A DNA stretch of 64,000 bases from an uncultured Acidimicrobiales bacterium (GCA_943788915.1 CALSSD010000005.1:1-64000); one strand, 5' to 3'. Positions 11,268 to 21,647 are shown, numbered from the stretch's first letter. Program-made: numbers and translations. The notes: generated from the sequence alone by a model not told the origin.

Positions 11268-12189
11268 TCAGCTGGGCCGGCGCCGGCGAGTCATCACGTT
11301 CTCTTTGGCCTGAGCGACCAGGCCAGGGATCACATCGCTGAGTTCAGCAGGATCCCAGCGGTCGTCCTTGTTGGCCTTGGGGCCGCCTTCCCAACCTTCC
11401 ATGCAGCTGATGGTGCCACCGTTTACCAGGAACACTCGGCCGGTGACTTCTCGCGCGGCCGGTTCGTTCGAACCAAGCCACACCACGGTCGGTGCCACAT
11501 TGTCGGGATGCAGGAAGTCGAACTCGCCCTTTTCGATCTCTTGCTGGCCATAGGGCAGATCTTCGGTCATACGAGTGCGAGCGCCGGGAGCGATGCAGTT
11601 CACCGTGACCCCATATCGACCGAGCTCAGCTGACGCAATGATCGAGAATGATGCAATGCCAGCCTTGGCTGCGCCGTAGTTGGTCTGGCCCAGGATTGCC
11701 GAACACGCCAGACGTGCTGCTGGTGTTGATAAGCGCCGCGCCTTCGACCGGCGTGTCATTCTTGATCATCTCTCGCCAATACGCCGCAGCATGGCGAGCC
11801 GGGGCAAACGTGCCTTTCAAGTGCACGTTGATGACGGCATCCCATTCTTCTTCGGTCATATTTGCCAACATGCGGTCGCGCAAAATGCCGGCATTGTTAA
11901 CAAGCACATGCAGCGTGCCGAAGTGCTCCACCGCCTGATTGATCATGTTGGCCGCTCCGTCCCAGCTGGACACGTCGTCGCCATTGGCGATTGCTTCGCC
12001 GCCCATGGCTTCGATCTCGGCAACAACTTCTTGTGCTGGAGTCAGGTCTCCACCCACCCCATCACGGGCTCCGCCTAGGTCGTTGACCACGACCTTGGCT
12101 CCTTGGCGAGCGAATTCGAGTGCATGTCCACGACCAATTCCTCGTCCTGCTCCCGTGACTATGACTACTTTGCCGTCGCAGATTCCCAT
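11268..12189 (-). CDS. Short-chain dehydrogenase/reductase, one frameshift near 11690
   Basis: TGAGRGIG, VVVNDLG, NNAGILRD. GNPG|QTNYGAAK is split between ORFs 11626-12189 and 11268-11759. Confidence 0.88.
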
Positions 12190-12301
12190 GTGTTTCCCCC
12201 GGTTCGTTGTTCCTCGATGCTGGCACGATGCGACGATCAGAAGAAATCACGGGTATTTTCGATGCATACATCCCACATCCATCCAGTTCAGGGAGATCAC
12301 G

Positions 12302-13531
12302 ATGAGTGCAGCACGAGTTGACGGAGACCGTCTGTGGTCACGACTCATGGATATGGCCGAGGTCGGACCTGGTATTGCCGGCGGCTCGAATCGCCAGGCG
12401 CTGTCCGACGAAGACAAGGCTGGCCGAGACCTGTTCATGGGATGGGCTGCCGACGCAGGCTGCACCTTCGAATTCGACGAGATCGGCAACTTGTTCGCCA
12501 CTCGACCCGGGAGCAATCCCGACTTGCCACCGGTCATGACTGGGTCCCACCTGGACACCCAACCAACCGGTGGTCGTTTCGACGGCGTGTACGGCGTGTT
12601 GGGCGGACTCGAAGTCATCGAGACGTTGAACGACCTCGGTGTCACCACCGAAGCCCCGCTTGAGATCGTGGTGTGGACGAACGAGGAGGGCTCCCGCTTC
12701 CAGCCGTCGATGATGGGCTCCGCAGTCTGGGGTGGGGCACTTCCACTCGAACAAGCGCTGAAGCACGAAGACTTCGACGGCAAGTCGGTCGGCGAAGAAC
12801 TCAAACGACTTGGCTGGGACGGCGAGCTGGCAGCACGACCTCGGCCTTACACCGCAGCGTTTGAACTGCACATCGAACAGGGCCCCATCTTGGAAGCCGA
12901 TGCGATCGAGATCGGCATCGTGACTGCGGTGCAGGGATTCCGTTGGTACACCGTCGAACTGGGTGGCCACCCTGCCCACGCCGGGCCAACCCCCATGGAT
13001 GTGCGCAAGGACCCGGCCCGAGCACTGGGCGACATCCTGTCTGGCGTGTACGCATTGGCTGCCGAACACTCACCGTGGGCTCGAGCCACGTTTGCCCAGT
13101 TCCGCAGCGAACCAATCTCGCCCAACACCATCCCCGAGAAGATCACGTTCTCCCTCGACATGCGCAACCCCGACGGCGACACCTTGTTGGCGATGGATGC
13201 CTCCATGCGAGACATCGTGAGTGCGCAAGTTGAACGCCATGGCGTGAGCACCGCAATCCATGTCGATACCGATTCACCCCCGGTCGTCTTCCACGACGAC
13301 TGCATCGCTGCCGTTGAAGCCTCGGTTGAGGAACTGGGATTCAGCCACAAACGTATGGTCTCTGGCGCTGGGCACGATGCCTGCTACGTAGCCGCCCACT
13401 ACCCCACGTCCATGATCTTTGTGCCATGCGACGAGGGCCTTTCTCACAACGAAGCCGAGAACATTTCCATCGAACAAGCTGAACGTGGTGCCTCAGTACT
13501 TCTTGGTGCGGTCCGCCGCATGGCAGGCTGA
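12302..13531 (+). CDS. Zn-dependent M20 hydrolase, N-carbamoyl-amino-acid amidohydrolase / beta-ureidopropionase-like
   Basis: GSHLDTQPTGGRFDG, WTNEEG, ELHIEQGP, AHAGPTPM, SGAGHDA, SHNEAE. Confidence 0.9.
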   Translation: MSAARVDGDRLWSRLMDMAEVGPGIAGGSNRQALSDEDKAGRDLFMGWAADAGCTFEFDEIGNLFATRPGSNPDLPPVMTGSHLDTQPTGGRFDGVYGVLGGLEVIETLNDLGVTTEAPLEIVVWTNEEGSRFQPSMMGSAVWGGALPLEQALKHEDFDGKSVGEELKRLGWDGELAARPRPYTAAFELHIEQGPILEADAIEIGIVTAVQGFRWYTVELGGHPAHAGPTPMDVRKDPARALGDILSGVYALAAEHSPWARATFAQFRSEPISPNTIPEKITFSLDMRNPDGDTLLAMDASMRDIVSAQVERHGVSTAIHVDTDSPPVVFHDDCIAAVEASVEELGFSHKRMVSGAGHDACYVAAHYPTSMIFVPCDEGLSHNEAENISIEQAERGASVLLGAVRRMAG

Positions 13532-13535
13532 GGCT

Positions 13536-14678
13536 ATGGCAAATATCAAGGGCACAATCAGCGACGCGCGTTTTGAGAAGTTGGGGTTACTACTTAGCGA
13601 CACGCTCGACTCTGGCGAAGACGTCGGCGCCTCGGTTTGTGTGACGGTTGACGGCGAAACAGTCGTGGATATTTGGGGCGGTCACGCCGACGAAGCCCAG
13701 ACCACTGAATGGCAAGAAGACACGATCACCAACGTCTGGTCAACAACCAAAACAATGACGTTCCTGTCGGCGTTGCTGCTCGTCGAACGCGGCCAACTGG
13801 ACTTCTATGCACCGGTTGCGCAGTATTGGCCAGAGTTCGCCCAGAACGGCAAGGAAAACATCGAGGTCCGCCATCTCATGGGTCACACCTCGGGCGTGTC
13901 GGCATGGGCTCAGCCAGTCACCACGGAAGACATCTACGACTGGGACAAGTCAACCTCGATGCTCGCAGCGCAAGCTCCGTGGTGGGAACCCGGCACGGCA
14001 TCGGGTTACCACGCACTCAATCAGGGTCACCTGATCGGCGAAGTGATCCGGCACATCGACGGCCGCATGCTCGGTGACTTCTTTGCTCAGGAGATTGCAG
14101 GCCCGATGGGTGCCGACTTCCACATCGGTCTGGCCGAGAGCGAGTTCGGACGGATCGCCAACGTGATCCCGCCTGAAGACGTGCCTATTGATTTGGCGAC
14201 CATCGACATGGAGAGCATCGCGATGAAGACCTTCACTGGGCCTGCTCCAAGTGCCACAACTGCGTGGGAAACATCATGGCGTCAGGCCTGCGTGCCTGCA
14301 GCCAATGGGCACGGCAATGCTCGTTCGGTCGCCCAGATTCAGGCGATCGTGGCCAACGGCGGAACCGCTGGCGGCGTCACCTTGCTGTCAGACGAGACCA
14401 TCGACAAGATCTTCGACGAACAGGCCCATGGCACCGACATGGTGCTCGGTCTGCCCGTTCGATTCGGTATGGGTTACGCCATGCCCTCAGAAGGCGCCCC
14501 GTACCTACCCGAAGGCAAGATTGCCTACTGGGGCGGCTGGGGCGGCAGTTCCATCGTGGTTGACACCGAACGCAACATGACGTTCGCCTACATGATGAAT
14601 CGCATGGACGCCGGTCTCACTGGCGACTTCCGCAGCATCAACCTGACCACCGCTACCTACGACGCACTCGGCGGATAA
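13536..14678 (+). CDS. Serine hydrolase, beta-lactamase/EstA family
   Basis: SxxK (WSTTK), YWPEF, HLMGHTSG, PWWEPG, YHA, WGGWGGS. Confidence 0.9.
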   Translation: MANIKGTISDARFEKLGLLLSDTLDSGEDVGASVCVTVDGETVVDIWGGHADEAQTTEWQEDTITNVWSTTKTMTFLSALLLVERGQLDFYAPVAQYWPEFAQNGKENIEVRHLMGHTSGVSAWAQPVTTEDIYDWDKSTSMLAAQAPWWEPGTASGYHALNQGHLIGEVIRHIDGRMLGDFFAQEIAGPMGADFHIGLAESEFGRIANVIPPEDVPIDLATIDMESIAMKTFTGPAPSATTAWETSWRQACVPAANGHGNARSVAQIQAIVANGGTAGGVTLLSDETIDKIFDEQAHGTDMVLGLPVRFGMGYAMPSEGAPYLPEGKIAYWGGWGGSSIVVDTERNMTFAYMMNRMDAGLTGDFRSINLTTATYDALGG

Positions 14679-14843
14679 TCCACTCTGAAGCCCAGACGAA
14701 TGACCTTTGGCCCTTCCTCCTAGCCGCACCTTCTGCCTGAATCAAGGTGACGAACCGCTCGAGAACGGTCGATCACGCAGGTCAGCGATAAGTGAACGAA
14801 GGAAATCGACATCAGGCACGTAGCGGGTTCCCAAATCGATTCG

Positions 14844-15515
14844 GTGGCGTCACCATCACACAACGAGTCCGGCGCTGCCACGGTCGATCTGACGACCGAG
14901 GCTCGCTGGTTTTTCGATGGACCGTTGCCGGCCGAAGTCCTCACCTGGTTCACCAACGAGGGCACTGCGGGCGTTGTTGAGGACCGTTGCGATGTGTACC
15001 GGATCGAGGAGCAGCCCAGGGTCGACGTGGGCGTGAAACGCCGGGACGGTGCGACCTTGGAGTTGAAGCTGCGGCTCCGAGGACCGGAGCCGGTCTTGAT
15101 GGGGCACGATCTACACGGCCTGACGGAGTCGTGGCAACGGTGGAGCCCCGCTGGCGAGCGAGTCGATCTCAGCCACCAAACGAGCTGGGCCGAAGTCGAC
15201 AAGCGCATCATCAAACGACGGTTCGCAGCAAATGGTGACGAGGTGCTGCTGTCAGCCGATGCTCGAGCCAAGACCCACCAAGGCTGCGATGTCGAAGTTG
15301 TCTCTATTTCGGTCGATGGCGCCACCGAGTGGAGTTTTGCCTTCGCTGCCTTCGGCCCTGCAGACCACAACCAGTGCCTAACTACTGCATGGGCGACTCT
15401 GGTGAGTAAACATCCGCAACCCGACCAGCTTCGGCTTCGAGCCGGCAACTCCAAGGGTTACCCCGAGTGGCTCGTCGGCCTGACATTGCGCTCTACCGCT
15501 CGCGAGCTGTCTTAA
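14844..15515 (+). CDS. Hypothetical protein, CYTH/TTM-like
   Basis: TTEARWFF, RCDVY, GVKRR, LELKLR, WQRWS, VDKR, GCDVEV and YPEWL give a pattern resembling CYTH-like proteins. Confidence 0.5.
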   Translation: MASPSHNESGAATVDLTTEARWFFDGPLPAEVLTWFTNEGTAGVVEDRCDVYRIEEQPRVDVGVKRRDGATLELKLRLRGPEPVLMGHDLHGLTESWQRWSPAGERVDLSHQTSWAEVDKRIIKRRFAANGDEVLLSADARAKTHQGCDVEVVSISVDGATEWSFAFAAFGPADHNQCLTTAWATLVSKHPQPDQLRLRAGNSKGYPEWLVGLTLRSTARELS

Positions 15516-16278
15516 AATCAGGTTCCCGTTTCTCTAAGAAAGCGGCGATCGCTTCTTTGTGCTCAGGCGTCTCGTACGCCTGATTCAGCAACTGGAGCTC
15601 GAGCCGCTGCACATCCCTGAGCGAAGCATTACTCATGTTCTCGGTCAGTAGTTGTTTGGTGAACCGCAGCGACGCCTGGGGGTTGTCGCCCATGGCTCGC
15701 GCCATCTCGTGGGCGGCATCGAGCAACTGCTCCGCTGGCACACACTGATCAATCAAGCCGATCTCGGCTGCTTCTTCGGCCAGGATCGTCTTGCCCGTCA
15801 GCATGAGTTCACTGGCTTTACCGAAACCGACTCGCATGGGCACCAGGTTGGAGCTGCCCAGTTCGGGCACCACACCAACCTTCACAAACCGCAGGCTGAA
15901 CTTTGCGCCCGCCGCCCCAATGATGTGGTCCATCGACATGACCTGGCTGAGACCAACACCGATCGCGGGGCCGTTGACTGCGGCCACGATCGGTTTACAC
16001 GACCGCATGAGCCCGACCCAGTCCATCGGCGTGCGGTCTTCTTCATCTCCATCGAGCTGGGCTTGAAACACCTCGCTCATGTCTGCGCCGGCGCAGAAGC
16101 CACGGCCCGCTCCGGTCACCACGATCGCGATCACATCATTGTCATCGTTCGCTGCGCTGATCGCATCGGCCATCTCGATACCCATACGCGGTGTCCACGC
16201 GTTGAGTTTCTCGGGCCGATTCATGGTCACGGTGAGCACACCGTCAACAACGTTGGTCAGAATAGTTTCGTACTGCAA
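15493..16278 (-). CDS. Enoyl-CoA hydratase/isomerase family protein
   Basis: NRPEKLNAW, GRGFCAGAD, GVVPELGS, AFLEKREPDF. Confidence 0.9.
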   Translation of the reverse strand: MQYETILTNVVDGVLTVTMNRPEKLNAWTPRMGIEMADAISAANDDNDVIAIVVTGAGRGFCAGADMSEVFQAQLDGDEEDRTPMDWVGLMRSCKPIVAAVNGPAIGVGLSQVMSMDHIIGAAGAKFSLRFVKVGVVPELGSSNLVPMRVGFGKASELMLTGKTILAEEAAEIGLIDQCVPAEQLLDAAHEMARAMGDNPQASLRFTKQLLTENMSNASLRDVQRLELQLLNQAYETPEHKEAIAAFLEKREPDFKTARER

Positions 16279-16465
16279 GGTTCCCCCAAGATCGGTACTT
16301 CATCTTGGCCGCCGGGGGTCCACCGGACCAATCTGCGCAGCATTCTTCCACCAGATACCAACGGCGTAATGCGCACGGTTTGACGAAGAGGCATCGCTTC
16401 CGAGACAATCACCCAGCAACCACCGGCAACACTGACAAAGAGCCGACGACATCGGGAGATGCAAC

Positions 16466-17242
16466 GTGATCAATCTTGACCTCACCGGCCGAAAAGCCAT
16501 CGTGACGGGCGCAAGCCTTGGCATCGGCGCAGCGACGGTCCGTTTGCTCGCCGACCATGGAGCGAGTGTGGCTTTTTGCGCTCGCGGTCAAGACGGGGTC
16601 GACGAGCTCGCCTCGTACAGCGACACCATCCGCGGCTACGTCGCGGACATGAGCGATGCCGAGTCAACCAATCAGTTCCTGCAACGGGCAACCAACGACC
16701 TCGGTGATGCCGACATCCTGGTCAACAATGTCGGTGCGTCACCGTCGCGCAACTTCCTGTACATGGACGACGCCGACTGGGAACAGTTGTTCCAGCTCAA
16801 CATGATGTCGGCGGTGCGATGCACTCGCCATGTGCTTCCCCACATGCGGGCTCAACATTGGGGCCGGGTCGTGATGATCTCGACCGTCGGCGCCCTCTAT
16901 CCCAGCGCTGCTCTCATCGACTACGCAGCAACCAAGTCCGCGATGATCTCAACCGCCAAGGCATTGGCTGGCAAGTACGGCCGAGACGGAGTTTTGGTCA
17001 ACTCGATCTTGCCTGGGCTCATCCACACCGCTATGTGGGATCGCGCTGCTGGCGAACTCGCCGAGTCGACCGGCAAGTCACAAGAAGAGGTCATGGCCAA
17101 CAACTCCAAAGGCGTGCCTGTCGGGCGGTATGGCACCCCCGAAGAAGTCGCAAATGCGGTCGTGTTCCTTTGCACCGACGCAGCCGCCTACATCAATGGA
17201 CAAGCCATCAGCGTCGATGGCGGATCTTCGGGTCACATCTAA
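16466..17242 (+). CDS. Short-chain dehydrogenase/reductase
   Basis: TGASLGIG, NNVG, YAATK, GRYGTPEEVA, VDGG. Confidence 0.92.
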   Translation: MINLDLTGRKAIVTGASLGIGAATVRLLADHGASVAFCARGQDGVDELASYSDTIRGYVADMSDAESTNQFLQRATNDLGDADILVNNVGASPSRNFLYMDDADWEQLFQLNMMSAVRCTRHVLPHMRAQHWGRVVMISTVGALYPSAALIDYAATKSAMISTAKALAGKYGRDGVLVNSILPGLIHTAMWDRAAGELAESTGKSQEEVMANNSKGVPVGRYGTPEEVANAVVFLCTDAAAYINGQAISVDGGSSGHI

Positions 17243-17500
17243 ATGTTGCTTCTCATCCTCCAGGATCTGTAGTTCCGACGTTGGAGCGTCGGGCTGACCA
17301 TCATGCTGATGGCCATCGTCATGACATTGCTGTTCATCATGTCTGGCCTCGTCAACCAGTTCAACGCCGAACCTGGCTTGGCCACCCACCAGGTTGCAGG
17401 TCATCAGAAATGGATCGTGGTCCGGGCGAAGAGCCGCGTCAAGCTCAAACCACTCACGCTCGCACAGTTCAAAGAAAGTGCCGTGCCCCGCAACGACTAG
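17243..17500 (+). pseudogene. Truncated ABC transporter permease remnant with internal stop
   Basis: ATG 17243 reads MLLLILQDL*FRRWSVGLTIMLMAIVMTLLFIMSGLVNQFNAEP (TAG at 17270-17272). Resembles the DLQFRR...SGL N-terminus of FtsX-like permeases, and ends after about 85 codons. Confidence 0.55.
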
Positions 17501-17510
17501 CTTCGAAGGT

Positions 17511-18290
17511 ATGCGACCGAACCCCGTGAAAGACCGACTGGCTGCTGGCGAAACGCTCTACGGCACAATGATCTTCGAGTTCCTCAGTGCTGGGTTACCC
17601 CAGATTTTGCAAGGTGCCGGTGCCGACTTCGTCTTCTACGACATGGAGCACAGCGGATTCTCGTACAGCGAGATGAAACACCAGCTTGCCCTGTGTAGAG
17701 GCCTCGACATCGTGCCGCTCGTTCGACCTCGTGCCACCACCCATGAGCACACCGCCCAACTGCTGGACCTCGGCGCCATGGGCATGTTGTTCCAGATGTG
17801 CGAGACAGCGGAACAAGCCGAGCAGTTCGTGCGGCTCACCAAGTACCCACCGACGGGGCAACGTGGCGCCATGTTTGGCGGCGCCCACGACGACTACAGC
17901 TCGTCGACCGTGCCTGAGATTATCGACGGCGCCCATGACCGCACCATGGTGTGTGTGCTGATCGAGTCGGCTCAGGGAGTCGCCAATGCCGAAGAGATCA
18001 TGTCGGTTCCCGGTGTCGACGTTGCCCATCTCGGCCATGGCGACCTGTCGCTTTCGCTCGGGGTGCCCGGCGATACCAACCACCCCACCATGCAAGCCGG
18101 CATTGACTCGATCCTTGCCGCATGCGAAACCCACGGAAAGACTGCGGCCTGCCTGGCAGGCGATGTCGCAACTGGCGTCGACTGGGTCCGTCGAGGATTC
18201 CGCATGGTCAGCTACAGCTACGACATCGGTCTGATGAAGTCCGCGCTGAGTTCAGGAATCCAAGCAATCACCGATGGAGCCGACCAATGA
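17511..18290 (+). CDS. HpcH/HpaI class II aldolase family protein
   Basis: FYDMEHS, LLDLGAMG, KYPPTGQRG, LIES, GHGDLSLSLG. TAGCTT-N7-ATG. Confidence 0.9.
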   Translation: MRPNPVKDRLAAGETLYGTMIFEFLSAGLPQILQGAGADFVFYDMEHSGFSYSEMKHQLALCRGLDIVPLVRPRATTHEHTAQLLDLGAMGMLFQMCETAEQAEQFVRLTKYPPTGQRGAMFGGAHDDYSSSTVPEIIDGAHDRTMVCVLIESAQGVANAEEIMSVPGVDVAHLGHGDLSLSLGVPGDTNHPTMQAGIDSILAACETHGKTAACLAGDVATGVDWVRRGFRMVSYSYDIGLMKSALSSGIQAITDGADQ

Positions 18291-19090
18291 CTGAACCACT
18301 GATGCTCGACCCAGCGACCATACAGACCTATCACGACCAGGGATGGGTCGTTATCCCCGATGCATTCTCCGCTGCAGAAGTCGCTGTGCTCGAAACTGCA
18401 GCACTTCATGTACTCGAACGACCCGGCCCTGAGGTCGGACGCGAAGCCGACGGTTCACCTCATGTCAACTGGGGAATGCACCTGTTCGACGAGCGGTTAG
18501 CGGCACTCGTCCATCACCCTGCACTCGTCTCGACAAGCCAGCAGCTGCTCGACGACGACTTCTATGTCCACCAATCGCGTATCAATATGAAGCAGACCAA
18601 CGGCTCGATCGTCGCATGGCATCAAGACTTCGGCACCTATCACCGCGTCGACGGGGTGCCCGACCCCCGAGGCATCATGATCGCCGTCTTCCTCGACGAC
18701 CTCACTCACGTGAATGCGCCTCTCCTGGCAGTGCCGGGCAGCCATCACGAAGGGCTGGTGTCAACAGCCGAGGTAGACCCCACATCTCCTGACTTCGAAG
18801 GAGTGTCGAAGTACCGCTACGACATCACACCGGACACGATGAAACGCCTGGTCGACACCTACGGCCTCAAGGCCATCACGGGCAATGCTGGTTCAATGCT
18901 GCTGATGGACATGACGGTCGTCCACGGCTCGTCGGTGAACATCAGCCCGCTGCGCCGACTCGTGCTGTACGTCAACGTGTGCGCTGTCGACAACCAGGGC
19001 ACTTCCTTCACCCGGCCCGACTACTACGCGGCACGAGACTTCAGCGCGGTGCAGCCCGGCGCTGCCGACTGCCTGCTGCAATTCGCATGA
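18287..19090 (+). CDS. PhyH-family 2OG-Fe(II) dioxygenase, ectoine/proline hydroxylase-like
   Basis: YVHQSRINMK, WHQDFGTYHRVDGVP, VPGSH, HGSSVNISP. ATGA overlap with the aldolase. Confidence 0.85.
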   Translation: MTEPLMLDPATIQTYHDQGWVVIPDAFSAAEVAVLETAALHVLERPGPEVGREADGSPHVNWGMHLFDERLAALVHHPALVSTSQQLLDDDFYVHQSRINMKQTNGSIVAWHQDFGTYHRVDGVPDPRGIMIAVFLDDLTHVNAPLLAVPGSHHEGLVSTAEVDPTSPDFEGVSKYRYDITPDTMKRLVDTYGLKAITGNAGSMLLMDMTVVHGSSVNISPLRRLVLYVNVCAVDNQGTSFTRPDYYAARDFSAVQPGAADCLLQFA

Positions 19091-19962
19091 TTTCCTTTGC
19101 GCCACTCACGGCACCACTTGGCGCCTTCGTCCACGGCTTCGACCCATCGCAGGAACCTGACGAATCGCTGACACAAGCACTCGCAGCCGGTTTACTCGAA
19201 CACGCCGTCCTGGTGTTTCGTGGCAATGAACTCACCCCAACACAGCTGGTGCAGCTTGGCCAGACATTCGGCAAACTCGAGATACTGCCGGAGCCCGACA
19301 AGCGCCATCCCGACCACCCAGAGATCTTCGACCTGACCAACGTGCGCCCCAACGGAACGTTGGTGGAGTTCGACGAACCACAGGCAGTCTTCCTTCGCGG
19401 TACCCAACGGTGGCATACCGACAGTTCGTTCCGTGCTGTACCGGCACTCTGCACGATGCTCTATGCCAAAGAGGTGCCGACCCGGGGCGGTCAGACCCAA
19501 TTCGCCGACATGCGCAAGGCCCTGCGCCTGCTGCCGCCCGAGGACCGGGCCGAGATTGCCGAGTTGAGACTCGTGCACAGTTATGAGTTTTCGCGAGCGA
19601 ACAACCCTGGCCGCATGGAGGCGATGAGCGACGACGAACGCGCGAAGTATCCACCGGTCGAGCACCCTTGGATCCGCACCAATCTCGACGACAGCCAGTC
19701 CTTGTACATGGGTGGCCATGCCTCGCACATAGTGGGGCGCGACACCGATGAGAGCCGCCATTGGTTCGCAGAGATCGAAGCCCAACTTTCGGTTCACGAC
19801 CTCGTCTACGAACACCAGTGGCAGCCCCACGACCTCGTTGTCTGGGACAATCGCACCACGCTGCATCGGCTGCTTGGCTACGACATAGCGAACGAACGCC
19901 GGGTTATGCAGCGAATAACGGTGGCCGGCTCGGCAAGCGACTGGAACGGCGTCAACTCCTGA
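19087..19962 (+). CDS. TauD/TfdA family dioxygenase
   Basis: WHTDSSF, GGQTQFAD, WDNRTTLHR. ATGA overlap with the upstream gene. Confidence 0.92.
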   Translation: MISFAPLTAPLGAFVHGFDPSQEPDESLTQALAAGLLEHAVLVFRGNELTPTQLVQLGQTFGKLEILPEPDKRHPDHPEIFDLTNVRPNGTLVEFDEPQAVFLRGTQRWHTDSSFRAVPALCTMLYAKEVPTRGGQTQFADMRKALRLLPPEDRAEIAELRLVHSYEFSRANNPGRMEAMSDDERAKYPPVEHPWIRTNLDDSQSLYMGGHASHIVGRDTDESRHWFAEIEAQLSVHDLVYEHQWQPHDLVVWDNRTTLHRLLGYDIANERRVMQRITVAGSASDWNGVNS

Positions 19963-20021
19963 ACCATTGAGATCGGCCGCTGAGCCGTGCGTGCGGCTTC
20001 TGTGCATGACAGGCTCTCGGC

Positions 20022-20483
20022 ATGGCCAAGGTCGTATTCACCGTCAATCACCATTTCGCTGCGGATCCACAAGCAGTCTGGGATGAACTCGCGGACTGGG
20101 CTGGCCATGCCAACTGGATTCCAGCAACCCGAGTCGAGGTTGCGCCCGGCGATCCGCTCGCGGTAGGGGCCGAGTTCACGGCATGGACCGGCTACGGGCC
20201 ACTCAAGCTCGAGGATCGCATGCGTGTCGCCGCCATCGACTGGCAGCCCGACCAGCAGCGAGGGACCTGTACGGTCGTCAAACTGGGACCTGTCTTGACC
20301 GGCACTGCTTCATTTACTGTCGACGGCACGGCAGGAGCGACCGATCTTGAGTGGATCGAGGACGTCACTGTTCCCCATGTGCCACAGTTCCTAGCGCCGG
20401 TCGTTGCCCGGATTGGAGCGGCTGGCTTCAAACTCGCCATGGTCAGCCTCGCCCGCCAGATGCGAAAGTCAGCCGCTGCCTAA
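20022..20483 (+). CDS. SRPBCC family protein
   Basis: AVWDELADWAGHANWIP, LEDRMRV, LEWIEDV. Confidence 0.8.
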   Translation: MAKVVFTVNHHFAADPQAVWDELADWAGHANWIPATRVEVAPGDPLAVGAEFTAWTGYGPLKLEDRMRVAAIDWQPDQQRGTCTVVKLGPVLTGTASFTVDGTAGATDLEWIEDVTVPHVPQFLAPVVARIGAAGFKLAMVSLARQMRKSAAA

Positions 20484-20500
20484 TCGCTGCGGTCGAAGCG

Positions 20501-20800
20501 TTATTGCTCGAGTGAAGAGATCAGATCGTGCACCGAGTGCTGGTCTTCGAGCGGGTGGCGCATCGGCATGGTGGTATTGATCTCGTAGTGTTTACGACGG
20601 CCAATCCGTTCACTCGTCAGATAACCAGCATCTTCGAGTTCGGTGAGGATCCGGTGCACGGCACCAACGGTGATACCCACGCTGTACGCAATGTCCTTCT
20701 GCCGCAGATCCGGGTTACGGCTCAACGCAATCATCACATGGGCGTGATTGGTAAGAAATGTCCACGACGGAATCGCCTGCTCCGGCATACTCATTGGCAT
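20501..20800 (-). CDS. Winged helix-turn-helix transcriptional regulator (WTFLTNH family)
   Basis: WTFLTNHAHV...IAYSVGIT...ELEDAGY...GRRKHY...RHPLE. TATACT-N6-ATG supports the start at 20800. Confidence 0.85.
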   Translation of the reverse strand: MPMSMPEQAIPSWTFLTNHAHVMIALSRNPDLRQKDIAYSVGITVGAVHRILTELEDAGYLTSERIGRRKHYEINTTMPMRHPLEDQHSVHDLISSLEQ

Positions 20801-20874
20801 CATTTCAGTATATGTATCAGATTGTTTGTCTTCGAACATCATGATCGGGCAGAAACCTTTCCCCAGAGTGCGGG

Positions 20875-21647
20875 CTATGCAGCGAGAGCCGCATCGGCCG
20901 GCTCAAGACGCTTCAGCGCCCGAACTACTCGCCTACGGACAGCCTCGGCAGACATACCGAGCTCGTTGGCGAGTTCAGCGAAGGTGGCTGGTTCGGCGCC
21001 ATCAAATCCAAAACGTCGAGCAACGAGGTAACGATTTGTATCGTCGAGCGAGGCCATGAGTTCGTGGGCGACGGTTCGGTCGTTGTCCGCGAGTAGCTGG
21101 TCGAGCGGACCAGCATCTACCGAAGCAACTCGATCACCCAAGCCAGGTCCTTCGCCCCCGACCTGCATGCCGAGCGATGCTATCGATGCCATGGCCATCG
21201 TGGCCCAAGCCGAGGTGTTAACGCCCTGACCTCGCCGTTCGCCTGATGTAACGCGGCGTAAAGCTCTTGCGCCCGCTGCGCTGGCATGCGGACAGAACCG
21301 GCAGTTTGTTCCAAACCCGTCTGGATTGCCTGGCGAATCCGCCACGAGGCGTAGGTAGAGAACCGGTAGCCCTGGCGCCAATCAAAACCCTCAACCGCCC
21401 GCTCAAGTCCGAGCATCGCATCCTGGATCATGTCCTCACGGTCCACATGATCTGGTGCCCGATGGGCACGGGCCATCTTCATGGCAAGCCGCAGGTTGGA
21501 TTCGACCATGGTGCGTCGGGCAAGCCGCCCCTTCGCCACATGCCTAGCGTCGTCGGGAACCAGCTGGGCAGCTTCGATCTGTTGCGCCAGCGTGATCTCT
21601 TCGGTGGCGCTCAAAATCTGGTGCCTACTGAATGCTTCGTACCCCAT
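20875..21647 (-). CDS. Sigma-70 (RpoD/SigA-like, short) sigma factor, frameshift near 21205
   Basis: LSATEEITLA (region 1.2), MVESNLRLA, GLERAVEGFDWRQGYRFSTYASWRIRQAI (region 2), RRFGFDG...TFAELANELGMSAEAVRR (region 4). TATGAT-N6-ATG. Confidence 0.85.

Noticed and set aside
17270..17272. In-frame TAG codons (here and near 42737) as pyrrolysine or readthrough sites
   Set aside because: Both lie in truncated or deleted gene remnants; simple nonsense mutations explain them.
18287..19090. Assigning the symbol ectD
   Set aside because: The signature deviates (WHQDFGTYH vs WHSDFETWH) and there is no ect cluster in the window.
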